DNA of 62,621 nt, filler included, from Chiloscyllium plagiosum (lineage: Eukaryota): assembly GCF_004010195.1 (NCBI RefSeq). It is 3 parts of one record of this genome, joined end to end, with 100 filler letters (N's around TTAATTAATTAA, not from the genome) between each part and the next. Parts side by side here need not be neighbours in the genome. Positions count along the whole stretch, not along the records: positions 1 to 24,495 come from NC_057713.1; positions 24,596 to 49,712 come from NC_057713.1; 1 more part is not named here. One strand, given 5' to 3'. The notes beneath the pieces are model-generated. The model ran no database searches. It saw only the letters and a program-made list of their open reading frames with translations, and was not told where the DNA came from. Both the position numbers and the translations under genes were made by a program. Positions 13,405 through 27,388 of this stretch are shown here, in pieces (position 1 is the stretch's first letter; the number at the start of each line of letters is the position of its first letter).

Positions 13405-14789
13405 AACTAGTAGAAAACTGGATGTCACAAATATATTTCATGGATGGTAATAATAACTGAGTCAGAAAGAGGCTTGGGCATGAAGGTTGATTTGACACAC
13501 ATTTAGTCACAATCCAGTGATAATAAAACAAAATAAACGTGATGCTAAACAAGTGAAGAGTGTATCCAATAGAGTGCACATCTCCACCATGCTGTTTTAA
13601 CTCAGTGTCATTATAACTAAATTGCTCTTCATTGATTTTTTTTGCTATCTAGTTGAAACTGTAATGGCAGACAGTTTTTCTCCCTCCAAAGAGGCTTCAG
13701 GTCAAATTCTATCCAACTACCAGCTCTTAAAACACTGCTCACATTTTCAGCTGTGACAAATTCCATCACAGCAGTTAAGGCAATCCAGAAGTAATCTGTC
13801 TATTTGGTTTTTGGGATATTATTACAAACATTGAAACTAGGAGCAAGGGTAGGCCATTTTGCCTTCACCATGCAATATGATTGAAGCTGATCCCCGCTCT
13901 GTGCCATATTCCCATTTCTCACCTTATTATTTGATGACATTAAAATCTAAAAAATGAACCTGTCTCTTTGCTGGATATATTTAGTGACTTGACCAATGTA
14001 GCCTTCCCTAGTAGAGAATTCCATAGGTTCAATACCCTTTTCATTATCTCAGTCCTAAATGGCTCTAGACTCAGTAACAAACAGGTAAAACAGTCACTGG
14101 TGAAGGTAATTAAATTTCTTGAAATACTTAACAGTCAGGCAGCAATTGTGGATAAAACATAGAAAGACATTCAATTTATAACCTTTTCATCAGAACCAGA
14201 AATCATTGGAGATGGAAAAGCTTTAAAGTTTAGAATCAGGGGAAGAGGAAAGGTCTGTGATGGGGCAGAAAGGATTAGAGGTTAAATGCTGTTAGGAATG
14301 ATGGTGCAAGAGAGATGGTAGTGGAAAAGAAACAAATTATGAAACTGGAAAAGCTGTATATGGCATCAGAACCATTACTAGCACTTAATATCCAGGGCCA
14401 AAGGAACACAGATTATCATTCAAAATTATTAAGGTTAATAAAGAGTCCAATATGTTCCACAATGTTGTTATTGCTGCAATAGAGTTAGGGTTATTTATAT
14501 TGCTGAATTCATTGAGTAAAAGTAAGTAAACATCATGTTAAAAGTGTATAGAATTGGAACCAAACTGGATCTTGTGATTTGATCAGCAACAGCTAAGAAA
14601 ATCATACCAGTAATAGAAATGGTATAAAAGCAAATTTTTAAAAGATCAAATGAATCAAGATAATAAGCCATTGTTTACACAGGCCAGAAGATGAAGATAT
14701 AAGATACAACTCATTGTAACTTGGATACTAGGGAAAAAAAGATAAAGGTTAACCCTGTTAAAATAAAAGTTTTATTTGGTTATTTATTA

Positions 14790-16200
14790 TCAAACGGAAA
14801 GAAGGGATAAATCTGGAAATTTTAGACCGCTAAGTCTCACCTTGATGGTGGGGATGTTATTAGAATTTTATGGGATAAAATACATCTGCAGTTGGAGAGA
14901 TGGAGTTTAATCCTGGATAGTCATCATGGATTTGTTAAGATAAGATAATGTTTGACAAATTGAGCAATTTTTCTGAGGAGGTAATCAGAAGTGTTGATGA
15001 GGGTAATACATTTCACGTGGTCTCCATGGAGTTCAGCAAGGCTTTTGAAAAAGTTTCTCATGACAGACTAGTCAAGAAAATAAAAGCTCAGGAGATCCAA
15101 GGCAAAGAAGCAGTTAGATGCAAAATTAGGTCAAAGGCAAGAAACAGAGGGTGATGGTGGAGGGATATTTCCGTGACTGGAAGCTTTTTCCACTGGAATT
15201 CTGCAGGACTCACAGCTTGGACCCTTACTGTTTGTAGTATACATTAATGATTTGGAGTTAAATACAGAAAATATGATCGAGATAAAGTATATTTGTGAAT
15301 GACACAAAAAGTGGTAAGTTAGGAAAGAGTGAGAAGGATAGCCATATGCTAGGAGGATGTCAATGGATTGGTCAAGTGACCACATGGAATTTAACCTGCA
15401 AAATGTGAGGTAATGCACTTGGGGAAGTTTAACAATGCAAGAGATTACAATATATTTGTTAGCAGCCAGAAATGTACTGAAGAACAGAAGGATATTCACA
15501 TGCACATCCAAAGATCCCTGAAAAGCAGGTAGAGAATGTGTTTAAAGTAGCATTTTAGATATGTACATTGCGTAGATGTGGTATGGAATGCAAGAGCATG
15601 GAGGATATGAAGGAATTGAAATAAATCGCTAGGCTACAATTGGAGTGCTACATGCAGCTCTAGTTGCATGTATACTAATCAACATTTTGTTCAAGGAAAG
15701 GAAAGCAATACTCTGGTACTCAAATAACATTCTTGCAATGTAAACGGGAGATTGGACTGTAAGATTATCATATGAATGACTGGGTTAAATTGGTTTGATA
15801 TGGTCTTCCTTAGCATCTCTTGTCTACTCATGTTACCATCACTATATTTAAAGGAAGGATGATATTTGCAAAAGAAAGGGTGCAGAGAAGATATACCAGT
15901 TTGCTGCCTGGCCAGGTGGATCTTGAGTTCCGAGGAAGGACTGAATAGGCTTTCCTTGGAGCAATGAAGGTTGGAAGGGAACCTGATAGAGATTAATAGG
16001 CATATACAAGTGGGTAGGAAGGTATTTTTTTCCACTCAGAATAGCCAATAACTAGGGTGCATAGATTTAGCGTGCTAAGAGGGGAGTTAAGCGACTGTTT
16101 TCACCCAGAAAGTGTTAGGAGTCTGGAGCTCATTGTCTAAAAGGATGGTTGAGTCAGAAACTCTCAACAACATTTAAGCAGTATTCAGATATTCACTTTC
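14790..16200 (+). mobile_element. Old degenerate CR1 RT fragment
   Basis: EFSKAFEKVSH and other RT remnants, colinear with 11650-13270. Confidence 0.75.
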
Positions 16201-16426
16201 ATTCTTCTTCTCTGCTGTAACTGTCCATATCAATGATGTCAGGAAGATTTAGATCAAATGCATACTGATCAACATTCGGGTAAGGAAGCAAATGGAAAAC
16301 TCTTGGAGTCATTGAAGAGTTGGCTGATGTATTGGGGAGTTAGAATGAAAGATTGTCATTTGGATGGATGAGTTAAATTAATTTGATGTGGTCTCCCTTA
16401 TCTCTGTTGTCTACTACCCATGAAAT

Positions 16427-16750
16427 CAACATCATGAAGAAACTCTTACATGGCTGATTAGTGCGACTCTATGCAGTAGTTACTAAAGGAGATTTAATTT
16501 ACATTATTGCGGAATTTATGGAAAATGGTCAGTGCGAACACTGGAATCAAGTCCAGTATTTTTATTTGGGGTTGATAAGCAGCCCATTAATCTCAAGTGT
16601 ATATCAAACCTGGTTAATCTTCAGTTTCAGAAGAAGGCTTACTATGGAACAATCCAGTGGATTTGGTAAATTTGTTGTTTTTATTTTGAAATACAGGACT
16701 GAACTTTTCTACACATTCTACCTTTCATTCATCTTAAACCTTTTTTTGTT
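16427..16750 (+). pseudogene. Degenerate partial duplicate of the kinase exon 3' part plus downstream intron
   Basis: Aligns to 16960-17282 (9 mismatches in the 101-nt exonic part). It has an in-frame TGA (CGA>TGA), lacks the exon 5' half and acceptor, and keeps the GTCAGT donor at 16528. Confidence 0.9.
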
Positions 16751-16822
16751 ATCTTCAATGTGTACATTTTATGCTGAAGTATCAACTTAAACCGATTTGT
16801 GGTTTCTTGATTTAACTGATAA

Positions 16823-17074
<252 letters not shown>

Positions 17075-17618
17075 TAGAATTAAGTACAATATTTTTATTT
17101 GGGGGAGATGATAAGTAGCCCATTAATCTCAAGTGTAAATCAAACTTGGTAAATCTTCACTTTCAAAAGAAGGCTTACTATGGAACAATCCAGTAGATTT
17201 GGTAAATTTGTTTGTATTTTCAAATACAAGATTGAACTTTGCTACACATTCTACCTTTCATTCATCTTCAACGTTTTTTGTTTCAAAGATTTATAAGGAG
17301 CAGTGAGTGTGTTTTGAGCGCATACAAATAATAAATAGTAAAACTGAACTTAAATAATCCATCTCAGAAAATGTTCCACCTATAATTCATTACCAAATAT
17401 GTATGATAATAAAGTACAATACATTGTATTTGCCAGCAATTTCTGCTTTTGTTACAATATATTATATCTTCAGAGTTTATAAACAGATGGAACTGATTTG
17501 TAAAACTATTGAAAGGAACAAGAAAATCGTTGTTGACAGAAATTGTATTTCCTAATTTGTGTCTAATCGCAATACTTTGCAGAATAAGATCATCAACCAT
17601 TGAATGATCTGTCATATA

Positions 17619-17709
17619 ATTGAAAAGTGTGGTGCTGGAAAGACACATCAGGCTAGGCAGCATCCGAGGAGCAGGAGAATCGACGTTTCGGGCATAAGCC
17701 CGTCTTCAG
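17619..17709 (-). mobile_element. About 91-bp Penelope-like pseudo-LTR fragment with hammerhead core, in the kinase intron
   Basis: Minus strand CTGAAGA-CGGGCTTATGCCC-GAAA-CGTC. Flanked by the 17-bp direct repeat GAATGATCTGTCATATA (17602-17618, 17710-17726). Confidence 0.8.
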
Positions 17710-18200
17710 GAATGATCTGTCATATAGTAAAGAATTCAAAGTTATTGTAACTGTCCAGAGGTGCTGTGTGGCTCAGATTAGAGCAAAGCGGCTCAACTAA
17801 TGTGAGACTGCTCCATTTTACCTTATTATTCACTCTCTTTCTGCCCTCCCCTCCCCTGCCGACTACTGCCCCCCAACTCTAGACAGTCTAAAAGTAGCTT
17901 CTTACAAAAAAAAAACTTTTCTATTGCTCTTCTTTACTTAAAGAATCTGAATTTCACTCTTCACCTGATTATGTAAAATGGATCAGAAATCAAAACTGCT
18001 TCGTATTCCCTTGCCAAATCATTGTCAAATTATCATTGGAAGCACGAATTCTCTTCTCAAAAGAAAGTTACATTTAAAAGCCCTCAAATGTGCTGTTATT
18101 TTAGGGTTCATTTCTTTTAAAATACCAATATTTGCTGATATCATTGAACTGCATTACTGTTGTAAATTAAAGAAATACTTTGGTATTTTATCTATTGTAG

Positions 18201-18398
<198 letters not shown>

Positions 18399-18909
18399 TA
18401 AGTGCAACATAAAACTTCCATACAAAGAATTCAAATTGCTTTCCTATATTTATTATGCATCTCAAACAAAGGTACATAATTGGTTGCAAAGTGCTTTGGG
18501 ATGCCCTAAAATTACAAATGATAGCACACCAATGCCTTTTTTTCCTTTTCCTTTCAACGTCTAATTTATTGGATCTGAATTTGCATTTGTTGACATTCCT
18601 TGTTCTTCCCAAAACAGTGGAATCAATATTAAAACAACCCTGGGTCCCTACCTCATGGCAGGAAGCGGAAGCTTGTAAGAAGGCTGAGAAGGTAGAATTG
18701 TGAAATTCAATCTAAATGACCTTCTCATACATTTATGAAGATAGTGAGGATTAAAGATGCTGGAAAGTCAGTCGATAAAATGTAAAGCTGGAGAAAGCAC
18801 AACACGCCAAGCAGCTTGACCTGCTGTGCTTTATCCGGCTCCACATTTTATTGACACTTATACATTTATCTCACATTTTACACTGGCAGGTTGTGAGGTG
18901 TACAGGTAG

Positions 18910-19235
18910 ATTAGATTAGATTACTTACAGATTAGATTACTTACAGTGTGGAAACAGGCCCTTCGGCCCAACAAGTCCACACCGACCCGCCGAAGCGTAA
19001 CCCACCCATACCCCTACATTTACCCCTTTACCTAACACTACGGGCAATTTAGCATGGCCAATTCACCTGACTTGCACATCTTTGTGACTGTGGGAGGAAA
19101 CCGGAGCCCCCGGAGGAAACCCACGCAGACACGGGGAGAACGTGCAAACTCCACCCAGTCAGTCGCCTGAGTCGGGAATTGAACCAGGGTCTCTGGCGCT
19201 GCGAGGCAGCAGTGCTAACCACTGTGCCACCGTGC
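18910..19235 (-). mobile_element. Young HE1 SINE
   Basis: Full body with (AATCT)n tail, 7-bp flanking repeat CAGGTAG, and very similar to the copy at 42783-43108. Confidence 0.9.
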
Positions 19236-22200
19236 CAGGTAGTTCTTCTATAACACAATGGTTGCATTCTTGTGCAACCCTGCATTATAGAAAAATTGCG
19301 CTTTGGAAACAACACTTAAAAGTGTTAGCGATGTAATTGTGTTAAGCCAACACACATTTAAAAGTTTGCACTTTAGAAACAATGTCCCCAATCATGTTTC
19401 AGTGAATTGGCGTTAATGAAACACGCATTGTAGCAGAACAACCTGTCTTTCTGTCATGTCTTGTTGTATGCTATTCAAATCCAACTCCTACACCGCAACC
19501 TGTTTCAAATTTTAACAGCTGCTGGTCAGGCATCAGACTCCAGAAATGTTTTATAGGTACATTCAGATGGGAACTTCTTGCTGAAGAAGATAGTGTTTTT
19601 AAGATACTATTTGAGAGTCAGGGAGAACTGAAGTGTTTCCTCCATCATTTGGGAAACCTTTTATTGTTTGCAGCCTTCTGCATTATGATCTGGCAACATC
19701 TTTTCCCTCTTCTCCTCCCATCCTCTGAATATATAACTTTTCAATGGTTATCCACCCTTTCAATTGCTGATTCAACCCAGAAATTATACTTTTCATTTTT
19801 CTGATGACATTAGCATGACTTCCATGCTAATAGGATTTCCAGGTGTCGTCCATACTACCATGCTCCTCCTTTATATCTCCATAAATATTAAGACCAATGA
19901 CCCATTTAAATTACATTACATTTGTAGCTATATTCCAGGTTACATCTTAATTCATTCATCATCCAAAAAAGTCTAATAACATCCATTCTCTTCCCCATCA
20001 AGAGTAATATCTCTCAACTCACCTTACTACACCTAAATATGTCAATATTTTTGTTCCTGCCATTCTAATGAACACCCCAATTATTTGTGAAGATTAATCT
20101 TCGATTTACCTTCCAATTTTAACTTAACATTTGACAGTGATAATATCTCCTCATTACTGAGGTTTTCTTGACTTTGAAAATAACTTCATTTTCTTGGAAC
20201 TTGTCAATGTATCACAGTAATGCTTCCCATTTCCAGACTTCTGCAATTGATTTTTAAAAAAGGAAACATTGCTCCTATGTTGACAGAATTGTGATGAGTG
20301 AAATGGCCTTCATTCCAAATTAGGTCAACACCTTTACAGGAATCTATTTAAATTTTAATCTTCTTTTACATGCTTTTCCTGTTGCTTTTGTATATTATAA
20401 TTTAACAACAAAATTCTGCATGCCAAGTGAAATATTTATGGTGAAAGTGAATTAATTACGATCAATGGGTGTTCGTAAAATTATTGTGCATGCAAGCTTT
20501 GCACATTGTTTGGTTTTCATATTGATTTTGTTTCTGAAATAATGTTTTTCAAAATTAACGTGTGTAATAATTTCCCATAGTGTTTTAAATAGACCTTTGG
20601 GCCTCTTGGACTGGTGATAATTTCAGGGAAGATTTTCCTTTGAGTTGCATTTCTTCCACTGCATTTTTGCCTTTGTCTTGTTTGATCTTTCGCAGAATGT
20701 GTTCTTCATTGGCTGGGCCACAATTTGTTGCCCATCACTAATTACTGTTGAAAAGCCAGTGGTGAACAATCTTGTTGAATCATTGCAATCCACACGGTGT
20801 CAGCACATCTGCAGTGCTTTTGGGGAGGGAGTTTTGGGATAGTGTGATTATATTCCCAAGTCAGAATGGTGTGCTGCTTAGAAGGAAATTGCAGGTTGAG
20901 GTGTTCCTATGCATTTGCTGCCCTCATCCTTCTGAGTGATAGAGATCATGGGTTTAGAAGTTGCTATCAAAGGTGTCTTTGAGTTGCTGCAGTGCATCTT
21001 GTAAATAATACACACTGCTGACCCTGTGTATCAGTAGAGGGATAGAATGTTGAAGGCATGAAATGGAATGTGAATCAAACTGGCTACTTTGTGCTGGAAT
21101 GTATGAAGGTGCTTGAGTGCTGTTAAAACTGCACTCATTAACACAAATGGACAATATCCCATTGCATTTCTGACTTGCGCTCTTGTAGATAGTGGTCCAG
21201 AGTTTCCAGCCTTTCACTGATTTATATTCTGTCATCAATTCTATCAAATACTAAAGTGGAAGAGAAAGGGAATAACAAACCTTGCATCCTGGGAATGTCA
21301 TCAATGGTTTGCCTTCCCTTATTAATTTTTCTTTTCTGCATGTTCCATTCAATAGGGACCAAATGCATTTTCTTGGCTTTAAATTTTTTACTGGCTTTGA
21401 ATTTTGCAGTGGTTTCCCGGTGCTCCTGGGAAATTCGCTATTGTAAGTGTTGTATTTTAGACTGTTGAAACCAGCCTAAAATACAGCATAATTCCAGAAA
21501 GTTATTTAAACCATTAGAAAAGCAAGATTCTCTCCAACCCATACTTAATTGCAAAGCTGCTGAAAAGTATTTCATATTAAAAGTGCTACATCTTGATCAT
21601 CAAAACTCTTTCAGTAAAACTGGGGTTTGGATCAAATGTAAAACATTTCCCTGGTATGCCATTTTTCTGCTATATAGGGAATTCAGCCTCAACCTATTTC
21701 TCACCTCTTAACTGATTTTTAAAGACGAGATCTTGGTCCGTAAAGGTATTGTCTGTTAACATATTGTGCAAATGAGATGTGCTAGTTTAATGTTCCAAAT
21801 TAAGCAGTTGATAACTCTTAAGTCTTCCTTTACCTGCTACCTGATCTTTTATGGATCCTGCATAAGTCTGCCTTAGCTATCTTAAAGGCCACTGTCACCT
21901 ATGCCTTAGGAGCCATATGCTTTAAGTTTAAATTTTTACCTTTTTTTTGTTTACGTTCCATGATGGCCTGACTCTTCCCCATCTCTTTTATTTGATTTCA
22001 AGCACATCGTCATCTCTTTGCCCCATTATTGTCGATTATACCAACTGTCTGGAATCTCTCCCCACCTCCATGTATTGATCAAGCTTTCGTTTACCTTTAT
22101 AATATCTTCTCATTTCAGTGTTATTATTATACTCATATGTAGTGCTCAGATGAATTTCTATGATTATTTTCAGTTCGCATTAAGACAACACAAGTGACAA

Positions 22201-22920
22201 GCTTAAAAGGTGTGTTAGCCAAAGTGTAACACAGCCTGCAGACACCACATCAGTCTGTACAGCTACATATAGACTCAGTTTAAGATTAGATTCTTATCTG
22301 CGACAGACTGCTAATGCTAGCCAAACAAAAGTGTGGAACCAAAGCTTTAGAAACCCCGGTCTGAATTTTATCAAATATTTTAGAAGTGTTAATTTTGGAG
22401 AGTTTCATGGAGGACTTTTCTCCATAATCTCATTTGTTCTTGTGTGTCTATCCATGGCAGAATTACTTGCCATTGTGAGAATTTTGCAGGATTTCACTGC
22501 CAATCCCATATTTAAAGCACACTGTGGACCATGCCAATGATGCCACGAATACTCATTGATGATGAAACTAATGGGAGGGAAATGAAAAAAAGAATAGCTT
22601 CAAGGGCACAGATGCCATTTCATTGCAAATAACAACAACTACATGAATCAAGCTACACAGGCTACCCATCCTTAGTGCCATACCATGTTAAAACCCTGTC
22701 TTCGGGAATGCTACACTTTCCCTAATGCTTAGCTCAGCATAAAATCTTGTGATTGTTTAATGTCTGAACCATCTATGCCTGAATGCCATCTAATAGTTGA
22801 AAAAGTTGACTTTTATTGAAAAAAAAACAAAAATAAAGAATAAATAACGGAAAAGAGCGGCATTTGTTTTGGGACCAAACAACGATGACTTGTCTTTCGA
22901 GCAACAATAAACTTGTCAAT

Positions 22921-23290
22921 AGAACATAGAACATAGAAGAATACAGCGCAGTACAGGCCCTTTGGCCCTCGATGTTGCGCCGATCCAAGCCCACCTAACC
23001 TATACTAACCCACTATCCTCCATATACCTATCCAATGCCCGCTTAAATGCCCATAAAGAGGGAGAGTCCACCACTGCTAACCTTACAGCCTGTTTTATAC
23101 TGTATTTCAATGTCCTTCCTACCGAAGTGCATCACCTCACACTGCTCTGCATTAATCCTCATCTGCCATAAACCTGAAAACTACACCAATGTGTCACTGT
23201 CCTGTTGGAGTTCCACACTGTCCATCACAAACATTATAATTCTTCCAGGTTTAGTATCTGCATATTTTGAAATTGTCCTACAGTCACACA
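22921..23290 (-). mobile_element. CR1 3' end plus RT fragment
   Basis: (TTCTATG)n tail at about 22921-22940 and CR1 3' UTR, joined to an older RT piece. Confidence 0.7.
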
Positions 23291-23788
23291 CCACACAGAA
23301 ATACCGATTCACTCACTATTGTGAGGAAGTGCACTATTCACACACTCCCTGAGGACAGACTTAAATACTGACACCCACCAGACAAAGCAAGTGAAATGCT
23401 GACAAGGTCACCCTGGAGCAAGAGAAATACCGACAGACATTCCATGTCTGTATTAGTTTCTGCGTATTAATGAGTTTCTCTAAATCTCTGTATCAGTGTG
23501 TGTGTGTATATCTGTGTGTGTCTGCGTGGGACGAGTCTGGCAGTCACTATGGTGCTTACAGTGATGTAATATCCACCTGACACGAGTTCTGAGGAAGGGT
23601 CACTCGACCTAAAACGTTAACTTTCATTTCTGTCCACAGATGCTGCCAGACCTGCTGAGCTTTATTTTGCTGTCAGTCTCTGCTCGTCTCCCCCCAGCAC
23701 TGTACAGCTTGGAGTGGAGGGTAAAAATCATCAGAGATTCAGTTTACGAGGGACAGAGGGAGGGCAGCAGCTCACAGCATCATCAACA

Positions 23789-23985
23789 AACACACACACA
23801 CACACACAAACACACAGACAGTCACAGGCACACAGACACACACACACTCAGAGAAATAGACACATAACATGTGCAGAGAGATAGATACACACAGAGGGGC
23901 ACACAGATATACATATAAACGCACACAAATAGACAAGTGCGGACAGAAATGCGCAGATACATGCTTGGACATACAAACACACTTG
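23789..23985. repeat. Imperfect (CA)n microsatellite
   Basis: Direct inspection. Confidence 0.9.
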
Positions 23986-24495
23986 GAGTCAGAGAGTTAC
24001 ACTGAGTGTTTGTAAACAGACCTATCGGCCCATACAGTCCATGCGGATGATAATCTCAATCTAAGCCAGTCCCACTTGCATGTGCTTGGATCATATTTTC
24101 CCAAACCTTCCCTTATACTTGCACTTAATCAAATGTCTTTTAAACGTTGTAACTTTACCCACACCCATCACTTCTCAGGACGTTCGTTCCATACACGAAC
24201 CAAATGATGTGTAATCACAACGCACTTCATGGGCACTGATCAGGGGTACACGAGAACTCAGTGGGAAGCTTGGGAAGTAAGTGCTGGGAATCTTGATGAC
24301 ATGTACTTATCATCAACAGCCGAAGGAATAATGCAGGAAGACATGAGGCTGATTTACGTGGTGCCATTATTATACAAATTGGGATGGAAAAGGCAGGGAA
24401 CAACAGACCGGTGAGCATGACATCGGTGGTGGGCAAGATGTTGGAGAGAATCCTGAGGGACAGGATGTACATGTATTTGGAAAGGCAAGGACTGA

Positions 24496-24595
24496 NNNNN
24501 NNNNNNNNNNNNNNNNNNNNNNNNNNNNNNNNNNNNNNNTTAATTAATTAANNNNNNNNNNNNNNNNNNNNNNNNNNNNNNNNNNNNNNNNNNNN
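24496..24595. other. Assembly gap (44 N + TTAATTAATTAA + 44 N)
   Basis: 100-bp fixed-size gap with a six-frame-stop spacer. Identical structure at 49713-49812. Confidence 0.95.
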
Positions 24596-25255
24596 TTTAC
24601 AAGACATTCAACCTCCCTTGTCAACCAAGGTTCCCTCACACGACCATTTCTTTCCTGCCTGGTAGGTACATACATATCATGGACACGTCGTATCTGCTCT
24701 TTGTACAAGTTCCACATTTCCACCACATCCTTCCCTGACAGCCTAAGCTCCCAATGTATGCTCCTCAAATCCTGCCTTACAGCATCGTAATTTCCCTTCC
24801 CCCAATTATAAAATCTACCTTGTTGTGCGCACCTATCTCTCTCCATAACCAAGGTGAAAGTTACAGAATTGTGGTCACCATCACCAAAATGTTCACCCAC
24901 TAACAAGCCCATCACTTGTCCCGGTTCATTACCGAGTACCAAATCCAAAATGGCCTCCCCTCTGGTCGGACAATCTACATACTGAGTTAGAAAGGCTTCC
25001 TGGACACACTGCACAAACACCGCCCCATCCAATCTACTTGATCTAAAGAGCTTCCAATCAATATTTGGGAAGTTGAAATCGCCCATGACTACTACCCTGT
25101 GGCTTCTGCACCTTTCCAAAATCTGTTTCCCAATCTGTTTCTCCACATCTCTGCTGCTATTGGGGGGCCTATAGTAAACACCCAACAAGGTGACTGCACC
25201 TTTCCTATTTCTGACTTCAGCCCATACTACCTCCAAAGGCAGATCCCCCTCGAGC
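24596..25255 (-). mobile_element. Young CR1 ORF2 endonuclease fragment
   Basis: Open frame 24544-25236: YYRPPNS, MGDFNFP, LDLVL, GDHN. Truncated by the gap. Confidence 0.88.
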
Positions 25256-26529
25256 TATCTTGCAACTGTCAGGGAACTGCGAAATAATAGCCAAGATCCC
25301 TCTGTATGCAAATGCTACTAAGGGTTCTATCATTTATTGCACACTTCCCTCCTGCATTCCAATCAAAATGCATCAGCTCACATTTGTCTGGATTCAATTC
25401 CATCTGCCATTTCTCAGCCCAGGTTTGCATGCAACTATATGCCACATTATCGTCTGGTAATCCTCTTCATTATCCATAGCTCCCCCAACCTTTGTGTCAT
25501 CTGCAAGTTTATTAATCAGGCCACCTACATTCTCTTCCAAATTATTTATATAAATTACAGGGGTCCCAGCACTGATCCCTGCAGAATCTGGTCACAAATC
25601 TCCAGTCAGAAAAACAGCCTTCCATTCTCTGTCTTCTAGCCATTGCACTCTAGTTTTTAGTGCCTGTACTTTCTTTTTGCATGTGTTTTCACTTTTTGGT
25701 GTTTGGCCTGAGCCCCTGTGAGTCAACTGCACTTTTCTAGATGAACCGTTCCCCTGTGGGTAAGCCTGGCTCTCTGTGGGCAGACCAGGTCTCTGTAAAG
25801 GCGGAGCACCTATGTAGATGTGAGGTGAGCATTTGCTGCATGCTGGAGTTGACTCTGCATTCGGGAGTGGACTAAGCCCCTGTGAGTTAGCTGCACCTTT
25901 ACAATGAACTGTATTCCTGAGTGGGCCTGGTCCTCTGTAGATGGACCAGGCGTTTAAGGAGCCTGAACACCTGTGTGTGTGCTGCAGGGTGTACATTTGC
26001 TGCCTTCAGGAGTGGTGTCTGTACACTGGAGTAGACTCTGCATTTGGTTGTGGACCCTGTTTCTGGAACTGGACCTCTACATATTGGAGTGGACTCTGTT
26101 CCTGGTAATAGACTCTACATACTGAAGAGAACTGTTTCTGGTAATGGACTCTGCATACTAGAGGGGAATCTTTTTGGTAATTAATTCTGCTTTTTTGCTT
26201 GTTGCGTTTATCACTGTCTAGTGTGTCCCTGCGTCTGGCAGGCCTTACTGTGAGCTGGGAAGCTCATAGGTTGGCCTGAAAACTGTCACCCTGAGAGCCA
26301 GAAGGTGAGTAGGCCATCCTGTGACCTGAAAGCTGAGTAGGCTGCCCCGAAAGCCAAAAGGTGGGTAGGCCATCCCCGTGCCAGTCGCCCCGAGAGCTGG
26401 AAGGCGGGTAAGCAATCCTGAGCACTGTCATCCCAAGAAGGTGCGTAAGAGCAGACCAAGGGCTAGAAGTCTTGTGGGCTGCCCTGTGCGCTGTCGTCCC
26501 AGGGAGAGTGACAGGCTATCCTAGAGGTG

Positions 26530-27385
26530 GCTGGAAGGTGTGTCTGGGCACTCCACTGGGTGGCTTGGTGATGGGCTATTGGCTTCTTTGCAGTTATATC
26601 ATCCCACCCTTCTTGTACCTGCCTGGAAAACATCCAAATTATCTATTTCACTGAAGCCTTCCTTCCTAACAACTCTTTAGCCATGTATTGAACTGTACTA
26701 TCTTCCTATTCCTCGCTTCACCAGTACGTGGCACAGGAAGTGATTCCAAGATTACAACCTTGGATATCCTGCTTTCCTACTTCCTACTCAATTCCTTGAA
26801 TTCCTCTTGTAAGGCTCATCTCTTTTTTTGCCTCTGATGATGCAAACAATATGGATCACAACCTCTGGCTGGTCACCCTTCCCCTTCAGAATATGCTGTG
26901 CCTGCTCTTGACCCTGGCACCAGTGAGGTCACACCCCATCCTGGATTCTGACTTGTGGCCACAAAAACACCTGTTTATGCCCCTGACTGTAGAGACCACT
27001 ATGACTACCACTATACTTTGCAACTACCTGCTGTACAACAGTGCCAGTCATGGTGTCACTGATCTGGTTGCTGCTGCTTTCCTCTGAGAGGCCATCCCCA
27101 CCAACAATATTCAAACAGTGTATCTGGTAGGTGAGGTAAATGGTTACATGGACTCCTGCACTTCCAAATTACTCTTCTTCCAGGTGGTCAACCAACTCTT
27201 CTCTGTCTGTATCCCTTAGTGGTAGTGTAACTAGCTCTCTAACCATGCTATCCATAACTTTCCCAGTCTCACGGATGTTCATTGTGAGCACATCCATATG
27301 GCAAATTAGGAGCTTCAGCTGAACACACTTCCCACACATGCAGTCACTGTGGATACTGGAAGTTTCTGATTTCCCACATGTTGCA
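26530..27385 (-). mobile_element. Degenerate CR1 ORF1 (zinc finger + esterase)
   Basis: Minus strand CMCGKCVQL and esterase remnants, colinear with 9203-10100. Confidence 0.7.
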
Positions 27386-27388
27386 AGA

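Noticed and set aside
16461..16790. 109-aa ORF starting [18 protein letters not shown] as a separate short kinase gene
   Set aside because: It is the pseudo-exon read into intron sequence, with a non-ATG start and an upstream in-frame stop.
24540..24551. TTAATTAATTAA palindrome inside N-runs (also 49757-49768)
   Set aside because: Centred in identical 100-bp gaps. It is an artificial six-frame-stop scaffolding spacer, not biology.
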